From Moniliella sp. 'wahieum' (Eukaryota): a stretch of 64,000 nt of DNA. The stretch's first letter is position 1. Every line of letters begins with the position of its first letter. Positions 25,937 through 39,384 of this stretch are shown here, in pieces. The position numbers and the translations under genes were made by a program. The stretch spans positions 186,001 through 250,000 of the forward strand of contig RSEE01000080.1 in assembly GCA_003971905.1 (NCBI GenBank), read 5' to 3'. The notes below the pieces were generated by a model. That model was not told the DNA's origin, searched no databases, and worked only from the letters and a program-made list of their open reading frames with translations.

Positions 25937-27651
25937 TCCCTCTTTCTCCTCTCCTCTTCTCGCCTTCCCTTTATTTCTTTCGCGCCTCCAATCTCTTGGC
26001 CTACAGCGGCCCCGTCTACCCACCTTCCCTTTCTCTGTCCCGCGGGGCCTTTGGCTCTCGCTCTGTCGGGCCCACACCGTTGGGGAACCCCTGCAAAACG
26101 TCCCCAATGGGGGAGAGACGCGGCCGCTCTTTGTTCCTCCTCACCTACCACATTCTCTTTTCACTCGATACCTTCGCCGTTGCGGAGGTGTGGGTCCCAA
26201 AAGAAAAGGGCCCCTAGAGCCTCACCTTGACTAGCCAGCTTCGCATTGCATCGCCCCAGAGCCCGAGACTGGGACCTCGGCCCTCTCCAGGATGGGCCGA
26301 CCCATTGACATTGCCAACATTGTTGTACTTTTTCCAGCTTTTGCTCTCCCCCCCCCCTTCCCCATCTGTGTTCATGTCCATGCCCTCCTCTCGCCCCAGC
26401 GTGGCTGCTTGTGGCTGCTACAGAGGATGCACGGTGCCTATTCATTCATAGTCATTGGCATTGACGATTCGCCAGCCCCCTGAACGTCCTGTACGGTGGG
26501 GCCGCGCGAACAGGATGGAGAAGGGGATTGTATGTAGGGCCTTGGAGGCTGTCAGCGGCGCGTCAGGGGAGTAAGATAAAGTGATACAGCTCGGGTGCGA
26601 GAGACGAGACAACAAAATCAGCAACGAGGGGCAGATGGGGCGGATCAGTCCGGACGGACGCCAAAAAGGCGCTCACCGTAGGCCCCACACCAAATTAAAA
26701 TTCTCAGTCAGCAGCGGGATGCCGATACCACGACAGGGGTACCAAGGCTTGTCGTGCTCCGCTCGAGCACATTGATGCATATGACTCTCCGTGGACTCAA
26801 GGTACTCAAGCCCCACACACGATTGGTACTTACTACCTGTGTCTTGCGGCCCAGGCTCAGGTCCGCACAGTTAACTCCGGTCATTCACTTCCGACACCTA
26901 CGAGACTAAGGTTCCGTAGTTCAGTCTATGGAGCCATGTCAGACACCCACTCCCCTGTCGAGCATTCCAAAGGGTTCAAGTAAAACCTCGCTGTGTGAGT
27001 ATTACAAGCCTCACTGTGAGTATATAATACCCCACCGCCAAATACAGGGGTGCGCAACGCACAGCGTAAGGAACGAATGCCCTCAGCAAGGGACAGAAAA
27101 GAAGCGGGAACAGAAGGGAGAGAGGCGCGGGTCGTACATATCTCTCGTCACAGAAGGGAAATTGACCCAGAACAGGGAGCACAGCTCATCTGAGAAAAAA
27201 AAGGGATGGAGAGATGAGATCGGCATGTGCGTGTGTGAAGCATGGATGCGCACCACCAGGGCCGCAAATTCACCCGCTATTTGTCTGCTGAAAGACATGC
27301 ACACGCACAGACCGCGAGCCAAAAGGAGGACGGGAGCAACAGGGAACGGAAAGAAGGGTATTGTGTCACAGGAAATGGGCGAAATGGACGAAATGGGCGA
27401 TCGTACAGTGATATGGAGTGACAAGATATCGTCTTCACCGCACGCTTCGCAAAAAGGTTTCGAAGGTTAACACTGAAGAATGATCTTGGGAGGTCGTATG
27501 GTGTGGCCGAGTGTCACCCAACGCTCAGTCCGTACACGCTGGTGGAAAAGGGAAGAAACGTATATAGCAAAAAGGAGCAACTCTGTTGTGTGATCAACCA
27601 GTAGAGTAACTGAACACTCATCAGTACTCAGTGGTAGTACTCTGAGGGGTA

Positions 27652-29741
27652 TTAGGCGCCCGACGCGTACCCTGCTTCGTTGTATCCTACCACTTGGTCT
27701 TCGTTGGATACCAGCGACATTGACCGAATCCTGCCCGACACGGGACGAGGAGCACCAATGAGGGTACGAGGTACGGAAGCAGAGGCAGTACGAGCATGCG
27801 CACCGCCCATCTCCCGTTGAGCCACGGAGGTGGACCGTCCATGACCACCGGCTGGCATGTCCTCCTCCGGCACAGGTTCGGTCAAGCCAGCTGCTGCGGC
27901 TGCTTGGTACGACGCAAATTCTGGCTCTTCGGGATCCGACACATCAACCGTCGAGTCCCGCATCACCCCGGGTTGGGAATAACCAACACCGTGCTCGCCC
28001 CATACTCGGCCGATGTCCAGCTCTCGCTTGGGCGGGGAGCATGCACCGGTACCCCGCCCTGACCGTCCAATGCGATAGACCAAGGATCATCAACGAGAGG
28101 GTCCGTAGTGAAGAGCGCAGGCGGCGGTGCGGTGCCGCTCATCCCTTCTTCCCCTCTTCGAGAGGGTAGGCGGGATGAGCTCGGTAGCGTTGGTCTTCGG
28201 AAGCGGTATAGGCATGTCCGATGGGTCCTGACGACACCATGGCGCCATCGTCATATGCCGCCGCTGGGGTCAACGACTGATCCGCATACGCTTCGTCCAA
28301 CCCCGATTCCAGGTGTGGGGGAGACGGCGAGGGCACCATTGCCCGGTCCAAATCAAATGGATTCTCTGCTTCCGAGGGAGTGATGACCGAATCGTGCGCA
28401 CCCGTCACGATCATGGAGGAAGTAGTGCCGTTTTCCGGAATCTCAAGTCCCAGTGTTTCGACCGCCGGGAGAGGCCGGGCGCCCATCTTTTCTTCGTGGG
28501 ACATGGCGCCCAAATCGTCCAGATCTTCCATTTCCTCCTGGTCTGGGTACCCCCGCCGGTTGGGCACAGGCGGTACCATGACTGAAGCTGCGAGGCATCG
28601 GCACGGGAAGATGGGGCATCTTGATCCCCACCAGCCAACGGGGAAGGGACCACAGGGTTAAACATAGATCCATGGGTCCCTGCAGCAAAAGTTACTTGAG
28701 ACGCTCGTCTGGCCCCGTCTGGCCCCCAGCCCGCACCAGGCCCTGCACCCGTTCCCAGTCCAGCGCGATTCTGCATACTGGCGTCAAAGAAGGGTCCTGA
28801 AGTGGGAAGGGGAGGCGCCGGTCCGCCAAACATGGAACTCGACGGACGGGAGCGAGAGTTGTAGTAGGAGGCAGGGCGAGAACCTGGGATGGGTCCATGA
28901 CGGCCATCTCCACCGAAGTCCAGTCGACTGAGATGTGGCTCATGCGTTTGTCGATCTTCTCGGCAAAGTCGGCAGTCTTGTTGTTACGGTTGATGTGGAG
29001 CTTGCGAATGACAACGATGGCCACCACAAGTACAAAAATGATGGGACAGACAATGGCTGCTGTCTTCCCTGCGCCCGTCAGACCACCCGAAGCATAAAAG
29101 ACAGAGATGACTTTATCCGTGGCGGAGGGGTCTTCCATTGCGTCTTTGGGCGGGTTGTGGCCCTTTGGGTGCGACGTACATGGCGGTCCAAGTGGGACCG
29201 GTGGGATTGGACGTGTCCCAGGGCTGGTTTCCAGAAGGGACAATGTTCATGTACAAACTCTGGTTCTGAGACGTGTGTGCATCATCAATCCACCAACGCG
29301 GAGCCAGCTTGACGGTCGTGCTGCCCTTCTTGGCAGGAATGGCACGCCACCCGTGAATGGGGAGAAGGAGAGAGGACTTGTTGAGTGCGTATAGGTAGAT
29401 ATCAAGCGACCCAGTGCCAAAGCAGGAAGTGTCCCACGACAGGGTTGTGTCGACGGAACTGTCCACCAGCGCACCATTGGCGGGGGCTAAGTAGCCCTGG
29501 GCTAGGAGGCACTCTGTCTTGTTGACTATAGGGAGTGTGAGCGTGGACAACAAGAAAAGGGTTAGTGGTGAACGTGGGTCACTGAGCAAATGGTCATGAG
29601 AAGGAGGTGAAACAACGTACGTCCACGCTTCTTGTTGAAACTGTACCCGTCTTGTTCTATGTGTTGGGGACGGCGCTGATGTACCAACTTGTGGGGGTTG
29701 GGGCTGGACCGGCCAGCAGGGGGCGGGGCGTGTTGGGCCAT
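27652..29741 (-). CDS. Single-pass membrane protein: folded luminal domain, TM helix, long disordered tail; frameshifted
   Basis: TTLSWDTSCF..LDIYLY..LAPRWW..IVPSGNQPW..GPTW luminal segment; TM AAIVCPIIFVLVVAIVVI followed by RKLH..DKRMSHISVDW; intron 29526-29620. Confidence 0.75.
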
Positions 29742-30319
29742 GGCCGTCAAAGGGGAAGGAGAGTGAGCAGAAGGGGCAGAGGGCGAAGGGGAAGGGGCGG
29801 TGGGAGAGGTGGGGTGGCAGAGAGAAGCAGGCAGCGCGCTCCTCTCCGAGGCGGCTTTTCGCCTCTTGGGATCTTGCGTGTGGCGCACCTTGGTGTAATG
29901 GCCCCTGGAGCAGAACCGTGGCCCGGCGCCAGTCTCACGGGCGCGCCATGGCACGTGATGGTTAAATGATCGAGTCTGCTGGGCACCGCCCTGCGCTGCC
30001 CCTAGCTTGACATCAAGCTTCAGCCCCCCCCCCACCTCCCGATACAGCCCTTTCATGTTTCCTCCTGCTACGCCCAAACGCCCGCCCCATCGGAACTGCA
30101 AACTCCATGGCCTCTCGCCACATCGTTCGTTCTCGATGCTCCACCTTCCACTACCCCCTTCTGTCCAATACGGCGCCGTTTCGTTCGCGATGGAATTTGA
30201 TGACATTGAATTTTCGATGAGTACAGCCACCCCGCGGGCAGGGCTGGCCTATGCCACAGCCCACAGCCTGGACTTCTGTGGGGGCAGTCGGAACAACAGA
30301 CAAAAAGAGCAACTACGGC

Positions 30320-31345
30320 TCAATCGCTGCGACCCCAGGCGCGAGAGACGGGCACCGCGTTGGCACCCGTTGAGGCCGGGTTTCTCCTGGCCTTGACCGG
30401 CTTGCCCCCCTTGGCAGGGTTGGAGCGTTTGGGTGTACCGGGCTTACCTTGGGGCGGTCCCGACTTGCCTTATCCGTTGTGGCATCAGGACCGGACGGCG
30501 TGCCATCTTCTGAGAAAGAGGTATGTTTTCCCCCTGCCGCCTTGTTTCGAGGATCTTGGTATGGATTTTTTGCCTTCCTCTTTGAGCTTGGCATTCTTGG
30601 TCTTGATCCGTTCTTGTCGGTTAGCCCCAGTTCCTCCACCACCTGAAAGAGAATATGAGGTGAGAAAACAGGCCCGCAGGAAAGAAAGAGTGGAAGATAC
30701 ATACCTGCTGTGAGTTCAACTGAGATATTCTTGCCCTTCAAAAACGTTCCATGTCCCTTGAGCAGCGCCTCTTGGGCAGCCATGGCGTTGTCAAACTCAA
30801 CAAAGGCACACCCTTTGCTCTTCCCGCCCACGCCTGGGGGTGGAGGTTCGGTGCGCGCCTGGACTGCAGCACGCTGACGAGCTGGAAGTTACTCAGGCCT
30901 TCTCGGTCCCATGGCTGGGTCAACAGCCGTACAGACGTCGGCTTTGCCTGACAAAAGCCCCAAAGTGAGCCTGGAGATCGGCAGGCAGAACATTGGGAGA
31001 CAACGACCCAACAAAGAGGATGTACTTGTTGGCCTTGGCCTTTCCCTTGTTCTTTTTCTTTGGGACGAGCTTCGCCCTCTTCATGCTTACGTTGTCAGCC
31101 TTCGCCCGTCTCGTCCGTATCCGTTTCGCGCTTGCGTTTCTGTCCCGCCTTGGGCTTGCCTGCATCGCTCTCCTTGTCCTTGCGCTTGGACGCTGCCGGG
31201 GGGGCAGGGGTATCGGCTTCGGGGGCGTCGTCGGTGAGGGGGAGAGCCTGGAGGTCATCGAACTTAATCTTCTTCTTGTCGTGGCCCTGCTTGCCCTTGG
31301 CACGGAAGGCAGCAGCCTTGGCCTGTTTCTTGTTGGTGGCGGCAT
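30320..31345 (-). CDS. NOP6: Nucleolar RRM protein Nop6-like, frameshifted
   Basis: KYILFVGSL..LQAHF, KSKGCAFVEF, ISVELTAG^GGG..RIKTKNAKL; Lys-rich N-terminus; intron 30643-30704. Confidence 0.85.
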
Positions 31346-31764
31346 GGTGGTGGTTGGTCTGGCGATCCCATCTACCGAGTGCACGCACCGCACGCAAAAA
31401 TAAAAATTGCCTGAAGGCGGAACAGGCATTGGGAGCAGCGGGGCGGAACGGGGCGGAACGGCCCGAGGGGGGTGCGCCGCCTACTCATATATGGGCTCAA
31501 CTTGCATTCTACTCCTCCATATCAAAAGCCAAACAATTGCCCCAGGGCGCAGCGAGGTGCCGAGGGAAGTGACAGCATTGTCGAAGCCTGGGTTCGGGTT
31601 TCTTTTCTGCAGGACCAGGCGCATCTGTTGATGTCTTCCTCAAACACCTCTTTCGCTGTCTTGGCTTGGGGCTTGTGAGAGCAAACTTGGGGATATATAA
31701 GACACAGTAACTTGAGGGCGATAAACAAAATGGGACGCCCCGACCGGCCCGTTATTGAGAGGAA

Positions 31765-31830
31765 GCCTGGGGATGAGAAGGGGATATAGCGGCTTATATA
31801 GCCAAGATGCCGGGTGGCGTGATTCTATGT
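31765..31830. repeat. Degenerate dispersed repeat fragment related to 54215-54390 (possible solo-LTR relic)
   Basis: Shares ATGAGAAGGG, CTTATATAGC and GGGTGG(C/T)GTGATT in the same order. Confidence 0.45.
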
Positions 31831-32550
31831 AGAGCCTCGACCCCTACGGTATAGTATGGAGAGACCTGGGGAGGCTCATCGCAGTTTGGTTTACTCATGA
31901 CTTGCGCAGGCTGAGCTCTGCTGAGTACTCAGAGCGTCCCGTTCCCCGTTCCCAAATCCTCCCACCTGCGCCTATAGTTGGCAAGCATCACCACGTTTCG
32001 AAATGACACATAGCCTTGACTGCCGGATCGTTCTCAGTTCATCCCCACCTCGGGCATCTTCTCCCCCGGGAGGAAAGAAAAAGCTGTGTGAGGCCGCCGC
32101 GGCGGCAGCCTGCTGGCTGTTGGCGGTCGGGAGGACGGTGGGAAAGGGGAATGGGGAAGGGGCAGCTGCACGGACCTGCGGGGGAGGAGGGGGGACAATG
32201 GAGGCGGGGGTGACTAGTGACTGGCGAGGACAGAAGCGACAGGAGTCAGGAAGCTCGTGCTCAGGCCGCAGCCGGCGCCGCCCGACGCGACGACACTGCG
32301 GCGGGGCGCGGCGAGGCGGTGACGTCACATCACATCGATCACCCCACCCCAGCCGGCGGCTGGGCACGGGGGCGGTGTGTGCGCCCCGCACCCACACTGG
32401 CCGTGCACGTTGCACGCCCATCCACCCAATCAGTCGCCCGTCCCATCGATCAGCCGCGTGGCCAGAATTTCACGCGGGCTCTGCTGCGCGCTGGCCGTTT
32501 CCCCTCCTGCGCCCCACCCTCCCCACCTCCCCTCCACCACCCTCCCCCCC

Positions 32551-34804
32551 ATGCCCAACTCCAGCCCCCACGCCGCCGGCAACGGCAAAGTGCCTGCCGC
32601 CCCCCCCGGCCACAGCTGGGCGCCCAGCGTCAACGCCCGCCGACATCTTGGCCGAGGGCTGGGTGCTCAAGAAGAAGCGCAAAAAGATGCAGGGCTACGC
32701 CAAGCGCTACCTCTACCTCACCTCCCAGGGCATCCTCACCTACTCCATGGCCCCCGGCAAGCCCACCCGCGACTTTATTGAGATCCCGCACGCCTCGGTC
32801 ATCAGCTCCAAGCGCCACGGCACCATCCACGTCGACTCGGGCTCCTCTGTGTTCCGTACGTCCTCTCTGCCCCCTTTGCCCCCTCTCTGCCTCCTCCCCC
32901 CCGCCCCTAACCTTGGCCCGGCCTCGGCAGACCTCAAGACGCTGTCCGCCGGACTTTGAGATGTGGCGCAATGAGCTCAAGACCTTCATCAGTGAGCGTC
33001 AGGGTGGCAGCGCGGTGAGCGCGCGCCATATCTATGTCGTTGACGCGGGCAAAGGATTTGGTTCGTGTTGACTTGGGCCCTGTCTTTGTCCACAGCGATC
33101 GGGTTGGTCGGTCGATCCAAGCGGTCCAAAGCGAGCTCGCTGTGCTGGCTTCGGTGGTACGTGGGCCGTTGTCTTGTCTTGTCTTGTCTTGTGCTTTCGT
33201 AGCTGCTGACCCTTGCCATTCAACGCACAAAAGCAGGTGCACCGGCAGCCGAGGTGCACAAGATCCAAGCGTTGGTCAATGCTCTGCGGAAGGAACACAC
33301 TGAGCTCAGCGCCCTCTCCTCCAAAGTGCCTCTGACGGACGCCAATGCGGAGGACCCTGTGCTTCCGCTCGATGCGATTGACCGTTCGCAGCGCCCGCAA
33401 GCATCACCAGCACAGTAGGGGACGAGGATGCAGTCTTTTACGATGCGGACGATGTTGATTTGGACCATCACGACGAGGCTTCGGCCGAGTCGACGAGGAG
33501 GGTACGGCGGACGACTCGGAGGATGCCGATGACGACGATTCGGACGGCTTGGAGCAGTCCACTCCCTCTTGGCTGTCACTGATGACAAGGAGCCGCCGCA
33601 TCGGACCAAGTTGCCCTCCAAGGTAGCCGGAGACGATGTGGGCATTCTGGGTGTACTCAAGAAGAATGTGGGCAAGGACCTGTCCACGATTAGTTTCCCC
33701 GTCACCTTCAACTTGCCCTCTCAGCTTGCTCCAGGCGGCGGCGGAGGATTACGAATATGCGCCGGCGTTGTTGGAGCGGGCGGCGCAGACGCAGGATTGG
33801 TCGGCGCCTGTGTTTGATTGGTGCGTGGGCGGTGAGTGGGTATGCGGCGAGCAAGCTACGCGCCAGTCGCAAACCCTTCAACCCGATGCTGGGTGAAACG
33901 TTTGAGTTGGTCCGCGATGGCGGACGCTTAAAGTTTGTCGCAGAAAAGGTGGTGCACAACCCGCCGATTGTGGCCACCTATGAGGGCCTGGGTTGGCGTG
34001 CCCATGGCTGGAGCACAGTCAAACAGAAGTTCTGGGGCAAGAGTTGGGAGCTGATCCCCGAAGGTTCGCTGACTGTCGAACTGCTCGAGCTGGGGAGACG
34101 TACACGATCAAGAAGCCGGGCGCGTTTATGCGCAACTTGATTGCCGGTCGAAGTACTTGGAGTACGTGGGTGAGCTGAGCGTGACGAGCGTCAAGACGGG
34201 CCAGATGCTCAAGTGGACTTTAAGCAGGGCACCGTGCTCGGTGGTGCCGGCAGCCGGAACCATTTGGCGGGCAACGTGTACGACGCCAAGGGCTCCAAGG
34301 GCGTCGCCGTCAAGGGCAAATGGACCGAAAGCTTTGCCATTCAGCACGACAAGGAGAACTACCAAGTCTTGTGGGAAGCTGCGCCGTTCCCGCCCGATGC
34401 CGAGGCGTACTATGGATTCACCTACTTTGCCATCTCGCTCAACGAGCTCCTTCCGCGCTCTGCACCCTACTTGCCCGCACGGACTCGCGCTTCCGCCCCG
34501 ACCAACGCGCGTTTGAAAATGGCAATGTGGACCAAGCTGAAGACCTCAAGCAGGCCGTCGAGACGGCTCAGCGTCGGCGTCGTGCCGAGCGCGAGGCGGC
34601 CGGGATCGAGTACCATCCTGAATTTTTCCATCCCGACCCGGCCGGCGCGACGACCGGCGAGCGGGCGCGCAGCCGGATTGGCTCTATGGCGGTCCCAACC
34701 ACGTTGAATACTTCAAGAAGCGCACCGAGGCCATTGAGGCTGGCCCCAAGAAGGCCCAGGCCGTGTGGGATGCAGTGGTGCCCGAGGTGTTCCAGACCAG
34801 TTAA
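32551..34804 (+). CDS. OSH3: PH-domain oxysterol-binding protein (Osh3-like), frameshifted, several introns
   Basis: PH: EGWVLKKKRKKMQGYAKRYLYL..GILTY; FFAT-like EDAVFYDAD near 33424; ORD: LKKNVGKDLSTISFPVTFN, RKPFNPMLGETFEL, EKVVHNPP, YYGFTYFAISLNE, TDSRFRPDQRAFENG. Confidence 0.92.
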
Positions 34805-35309
34805 ACCGAATTGCGTTGCCGTTGCCGTTGCCGTTGCGTTGCCGTTGCGTTGCCGTCCGTCCTGCGTTGCGTGCCCTATCTTGCTTCTTTACTATTGCGT
34901 TCTCTATAATATGCTGTCCCCGTGTTGGATGAACGATGAGCCACGCGGCGGAGCGAATGTGGTTCCCAGCTTCAAGTCGATGTTTTGTCTGTCTGTCTGC
35001 TGCGGTTGGGGTGTGGCAGTATGGGGATTGGGTAGAATGGTAGAAGAGCGGGGGCAGTAAGAGCAGTTCCGACAGATGGTGGTACATGGGGGCGTAAATA
35101 GCAAACACCTGGCCATCTTGCATTGAAAAAAAGGCCAACGGCGCGCCGTCAATGGAAATGGAGACGTACATGCATGTGGTGAGTGGCTCCGGGGGGAAAG
35201 GAGGAAAAGGAAGAGGAGAAAGGGGCAGGAGAAAGAAAGAGAAGAAAGTACAGCGGAGGAAACCTGCCAGAGCCGAGCCGAGCCGAGCTGAACTGAGCAA
35301 GACTCGTTT

Positions 35310-38300
35310 TTAGATGTCGTTCGGCCCAGGGTCGAAAAAGACGCGGAAGCGCAACTCGGAGCGAAGCGCCGCTTGGGCCGAGATGACAGTGTAGACGTGA
35401 AGGAAGAGTTGGGGGAGCCGATGGGTAAAGTAGGCAAGGAAGCCATCGGGCAGCGAGCCAAGCCGACTGAAGTTGGGCGCTCATGTCGTGGTAATGGTGG
35501 GCCTTGTTGCGCATCGCGCGCAAGAGATCTTGCACCTTGTGCGGGTCGTACGGTCGGAACTTGCCCAAATCGGCAACAAAGTGCCGGTCCACACGGCTGG
35601 TCCACCCGGCTGCGCCTAGTACGTCGCTCGCACGCCGTTCTAGCATGACCAATGGCGCGGCGGGCGGGTCGCGCTCGAGCGTGTCAAACGCATCGCTGCT
35701 GTGCAGGAGGAACTGTAGCCGGTTGGGCGCGGTCCAAAGTAGGGTGCACCAGGACTTCCGCCGCGTCGGACGACGGGCGGGATCGGGGCAGATGCAGCCG
35801 AGGATGAGGTGCTGCGCCTCGTACCCTTCTTGGCCCAAGCGGGTTAGAGAGCTGAGTTGATGCTCGCCATGCAGGACATTGTTCGCGTTCAAATCGGGAC
35901 CCAAACGCATGCTGCCCGTTGGACAAGATATAGTAGGCAATGCACCGTACGAAAATACGTCGACGGCCCGTGTCACCCGGCGCTGCTCTTCTTCTTTTCG
36001 ACCGCCGTTCCGGCGGCTTGGGCTCAACCCACCCCTCGGCTCGGTCGATTCCGCCCCGGACTCAGGCTGACCTCGCCTCGAAGATCTCGGGCGCACGCCA
36101 ACCTACCGTCCCAGCGGGATGGGTGACGCTCTCTGGCTGAAGCTGCTCTGGGCTACGCTATCCAGCTTTTGCTCAGCCCAAAGTCCGACAGCAACATCTT
36201 GAGTCGAGGCCGTGGGTGGCCGCCGCCCCATATTGCTCGATCGTGCTGGCGGAGCAACGGTGACCAAAATGTTATGCGGTTTGAGGTCGCGGTGGACAAT
36301 GGAGAGGCTGTGGAGGTGTTGGAGTCCTAGGCCGATCTGCTCCAGCGCCAACTTGGGCTGGAGCAAGCCGGCCAGATTGTGGTACGCACCCGTACCGGTA
36401 TCTTCCACTACATCGGCCAACGTGGCCTGACACAACTCGAGCGCAATGTACAGAAAGCTATCGGTTACTTCTTGGTAATAATACCGTACCACATTCGGAT
36501 GGTCGTCGGCACTCTCGAGAAGGTGGACCTCCTTGGACGCAATGCGCGTAAAGTCTTTAGCAACCGCTTCACCGCCACCGCCCGGCCTTGGAAGGAGCCC
36601 CTGAACACGACAGTCCCCGAGGAACCGTAGCCTGGAACACAACGTCAGTATAGAAAAAAAAAAGATAAGAAAAAAAGAGAAGCCCGACAAGCCTAGGAGG
36701 AGGGGTGACCGTACCAAGTACCTCGTCCGAAATGACCAAGGATGACGTCCGTCCTGCTGGTGCCGCATTGTGCAGCACTTGGCCCCGTCCAGGGCAAACA
36801 AATGTTCTCCACCATCCTGGCGCCCGCATCCCGCCTGGGGCTGGCCAACGCAAGTTGCTCAACCACCGTTTCATCCCCTGCCGTGTCAAGGGGCTCAGGT
36901 CCCTCTTGAGAAGGATGGGCGAACCGTGCGGGGTAGTAAGGGAGGAGTAGGATCGCGCGCCAGCGCTGCATCGTATAGTGCGAGAGGCGTATCCGAGCCA
37001 AGAGCAAGGGCCGAACCAGGCTCGGGCCTTTGGTCCGCCCCCGCTTCTGTCCCGGTCCGATCGGGCCGGATGGGCTGGTACGACCCGTGTGACTCGGTTT
37101 CCGAGGGATGGCGCCGCGGCTCCGACACCAAGGGGGGCAACGTGGTAAAGTACCCATCTTCCATGCCTAGCTGTGGGTCTTGAGCTCAGTCTCGGCTGTA
37201 GCCATGCGCTCGGCCCGGGCCGCCTTGGCGGCCACTTGTTGGCCTGCGCGTTTGCCTCGCCTTTTTTTCTTGGATTTGGGGGAAGCCGGGGCGATGGTTC
37301 CCTTTGCCACGCCGATCGAGCTCGCGTCTTCTCTGCCAGCGCATCGGGAACAGCAGTCGTAACCACCCCACCCGCGTGGACCGTCTGCCTGCCTTCGGCT
37401 TCCCCTTCGAAACCCACTCTGCCCTGTCGAGGGAGGTAGGAGGAAGGGGCACAGGGTGCGTTTCGTGCTGCATGGGCCTTGCCACGGGTAAAGGGGCCAC
37501 AGGCGGCCGGGAGGGTCTTGTCCGAACCATCCGTTTGAACTAGGGGCTGAGAGAGAACGTGGGTCGTGCGCGCGTCAGCTGGCAATGCAGGTGACAGGAT
37601 ACTGGGTCCAGCCTGCAACTCCAGGGCGCGGGCCGGCACGGGCGGGATCCTGGAGTCGGAAGGCAGGCGAGGGGTAGAGGGGGAGGAGAGCGCGGCGAGC
37701 GCAACTGGCGAGCCAAAGGAGTACCATGCTCACGAGACCGACGACAGCTGCCAGTGGCCAAGCGGGAGCGTGTGCACTGGGCGAACGGCTGGGCGTGCGA
37801 ATCGGGTTGGGGAAAAAGGAATTGGATCGGGGCGAGGAGAGGGTTGCTGGTCGGGGGGGCTCGAGGGTGGCGACGTGACCCTGGTCCCACGCCGTCGGGA
37901 CCGGACCACCGACCCGCGCCGCGAGTCGAACCAAAAGGACAGGGAAGGATCGAGGGAGCCGACGCGGCCCGAAGCGCGTTGGCTCTGGTAGCTCCAATCA
38001 TGCACTGCAGTCCATGGCACTGGGACGAGTGCGAGGCCGGCGCAGGCGCGCCAGTGCGGCAAGCGGATACCGCACCGAGCTCATCGCAAACAACGACCCG
38101 TCCGACGCACCCACGTACGTGTCCGCACCCGCACCTACATCCGTCTCGGCGCCTGCGCCTCGTCCAATCGTGCCTCGTCCTGATCGGCGCCCACGTCGCC
38201 CAGGCGCAAAACAGGATGGGGGACAAGCACGGGCCGCTGCGTAGAAGCCGCCTTGGTCTTCGGGCGAGCCTTTGGGCTGGACAAAGTCAAACACCGACGC

Positions 38301-39384
38301 CACATTGGCGCCCATCGAGGTGGTCCAGATGGTCGGGTGCCAAGCCCGAGGCTCCTCGTCGGCCAGCCAAGCGTCCGCCTCGGGGGCCGAGCCAAGTTCG
38401 CCCGACGAAGCGGCTTTGGGTGCGTGTGGGTCCGAGGTGTTGAGACAGATGAGACTGCCTTCGTCGGGAAGGACGAGGATGCGCCGCGAGTCGGGATAGC
38501 TCTGGGTGTTCCATGCCGCCAGCACGTCCCGGTCGCCAAATTGGGTGAGTAGAGACTGAGGTGGAGCGTCTGGGACAGGCTGGGGTCCTGCTTGGCATGA
38601 ATGGCCAGGGTGTAGTCTGTCCTGCCAATCAGCGCCCATTCATCGTCCTCCTCGTCCTGCTGCGCACCATCGGCCGGCCAGTCCCACTCGTTCGGCTCGC
38701 TTCCATTCGCCACCGACGTCGAGTGGCCAAACATGCTGCGTATGGCGCCGGTGCGGATGTTGACTTCGACAAGACGGGCTTGTTTGCTGCCAACAAACAC
38801 GCGGCTGTCGTCGCCTGGGAAGGTAAAGGGCGAGAGGGAGACGAGTTGGGGGAGGGTAAGCGGAAGCTTGACCAGGGCCGCAGGAGGGCCGTCGACAGCA
38901 GGCGGGGCAGAGATGGGGGCGTTGGTGGACGAGGAGGCATGGGCAAGAAGTGCGGGAGGAGAACCAGACAGGACGTAGAGCGCGCCTTGGGCGGCAGGCT
39001 CGACAAGGTAGATGTCAGGTGGTCGTGGGACGACTGGGCGAGCATCTGGGGAGGGAGAGGCGGCGGGGGCCATAGGAGGCGCTGACGACGGGGCGGAAGG
39101 GCAGGCACTCCTCCAGCTGGCCCGTGGCGGCGGAGGAGTGTCGGGCCACGACGCGCCGCAGCCCAGCGACCAGCGCACATCGCCCGACGTACGGTCGACG
39201 CCGTGGAGAGAGCCATCGGTGCAGGCGACAAGCGCGGTGCGCAGCAGGCGGAGGCGGTCGGAGCGAGAGAGGGAGGCCGGGGCAGGGCGGGCGAGGACGA
39301 GGCAGAGGCAGGCGGCGGCAGCAGAGACGCGAGCGACGAGGCAGCGCCGCGGCGTCGGCGACGAGGGAGGCGCCAGGACGTCAT
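35310..39384 (-). CDS. IRE1: Ire1 ER-stress sensor kinase/endoribonuclease, frameshifted
   Basis: Luminal KLPLTLPQLVSLSPF..VFVGSK, IGRTDY; kinase VLG^YGSSGTVVF, LLESADDHPNVVRYY, LYIALELC, IVHRDLKPHNIL; KEN domain LGKFRPYD..VQDLLRAMRNKAHHY. Confidence 0.96.

Noticed and set aside
27617..27624. Hammerhead ribozyme core CTGATGAG on the minus strand
   Set aside because: No GAAA after a stem II and no supporting stems
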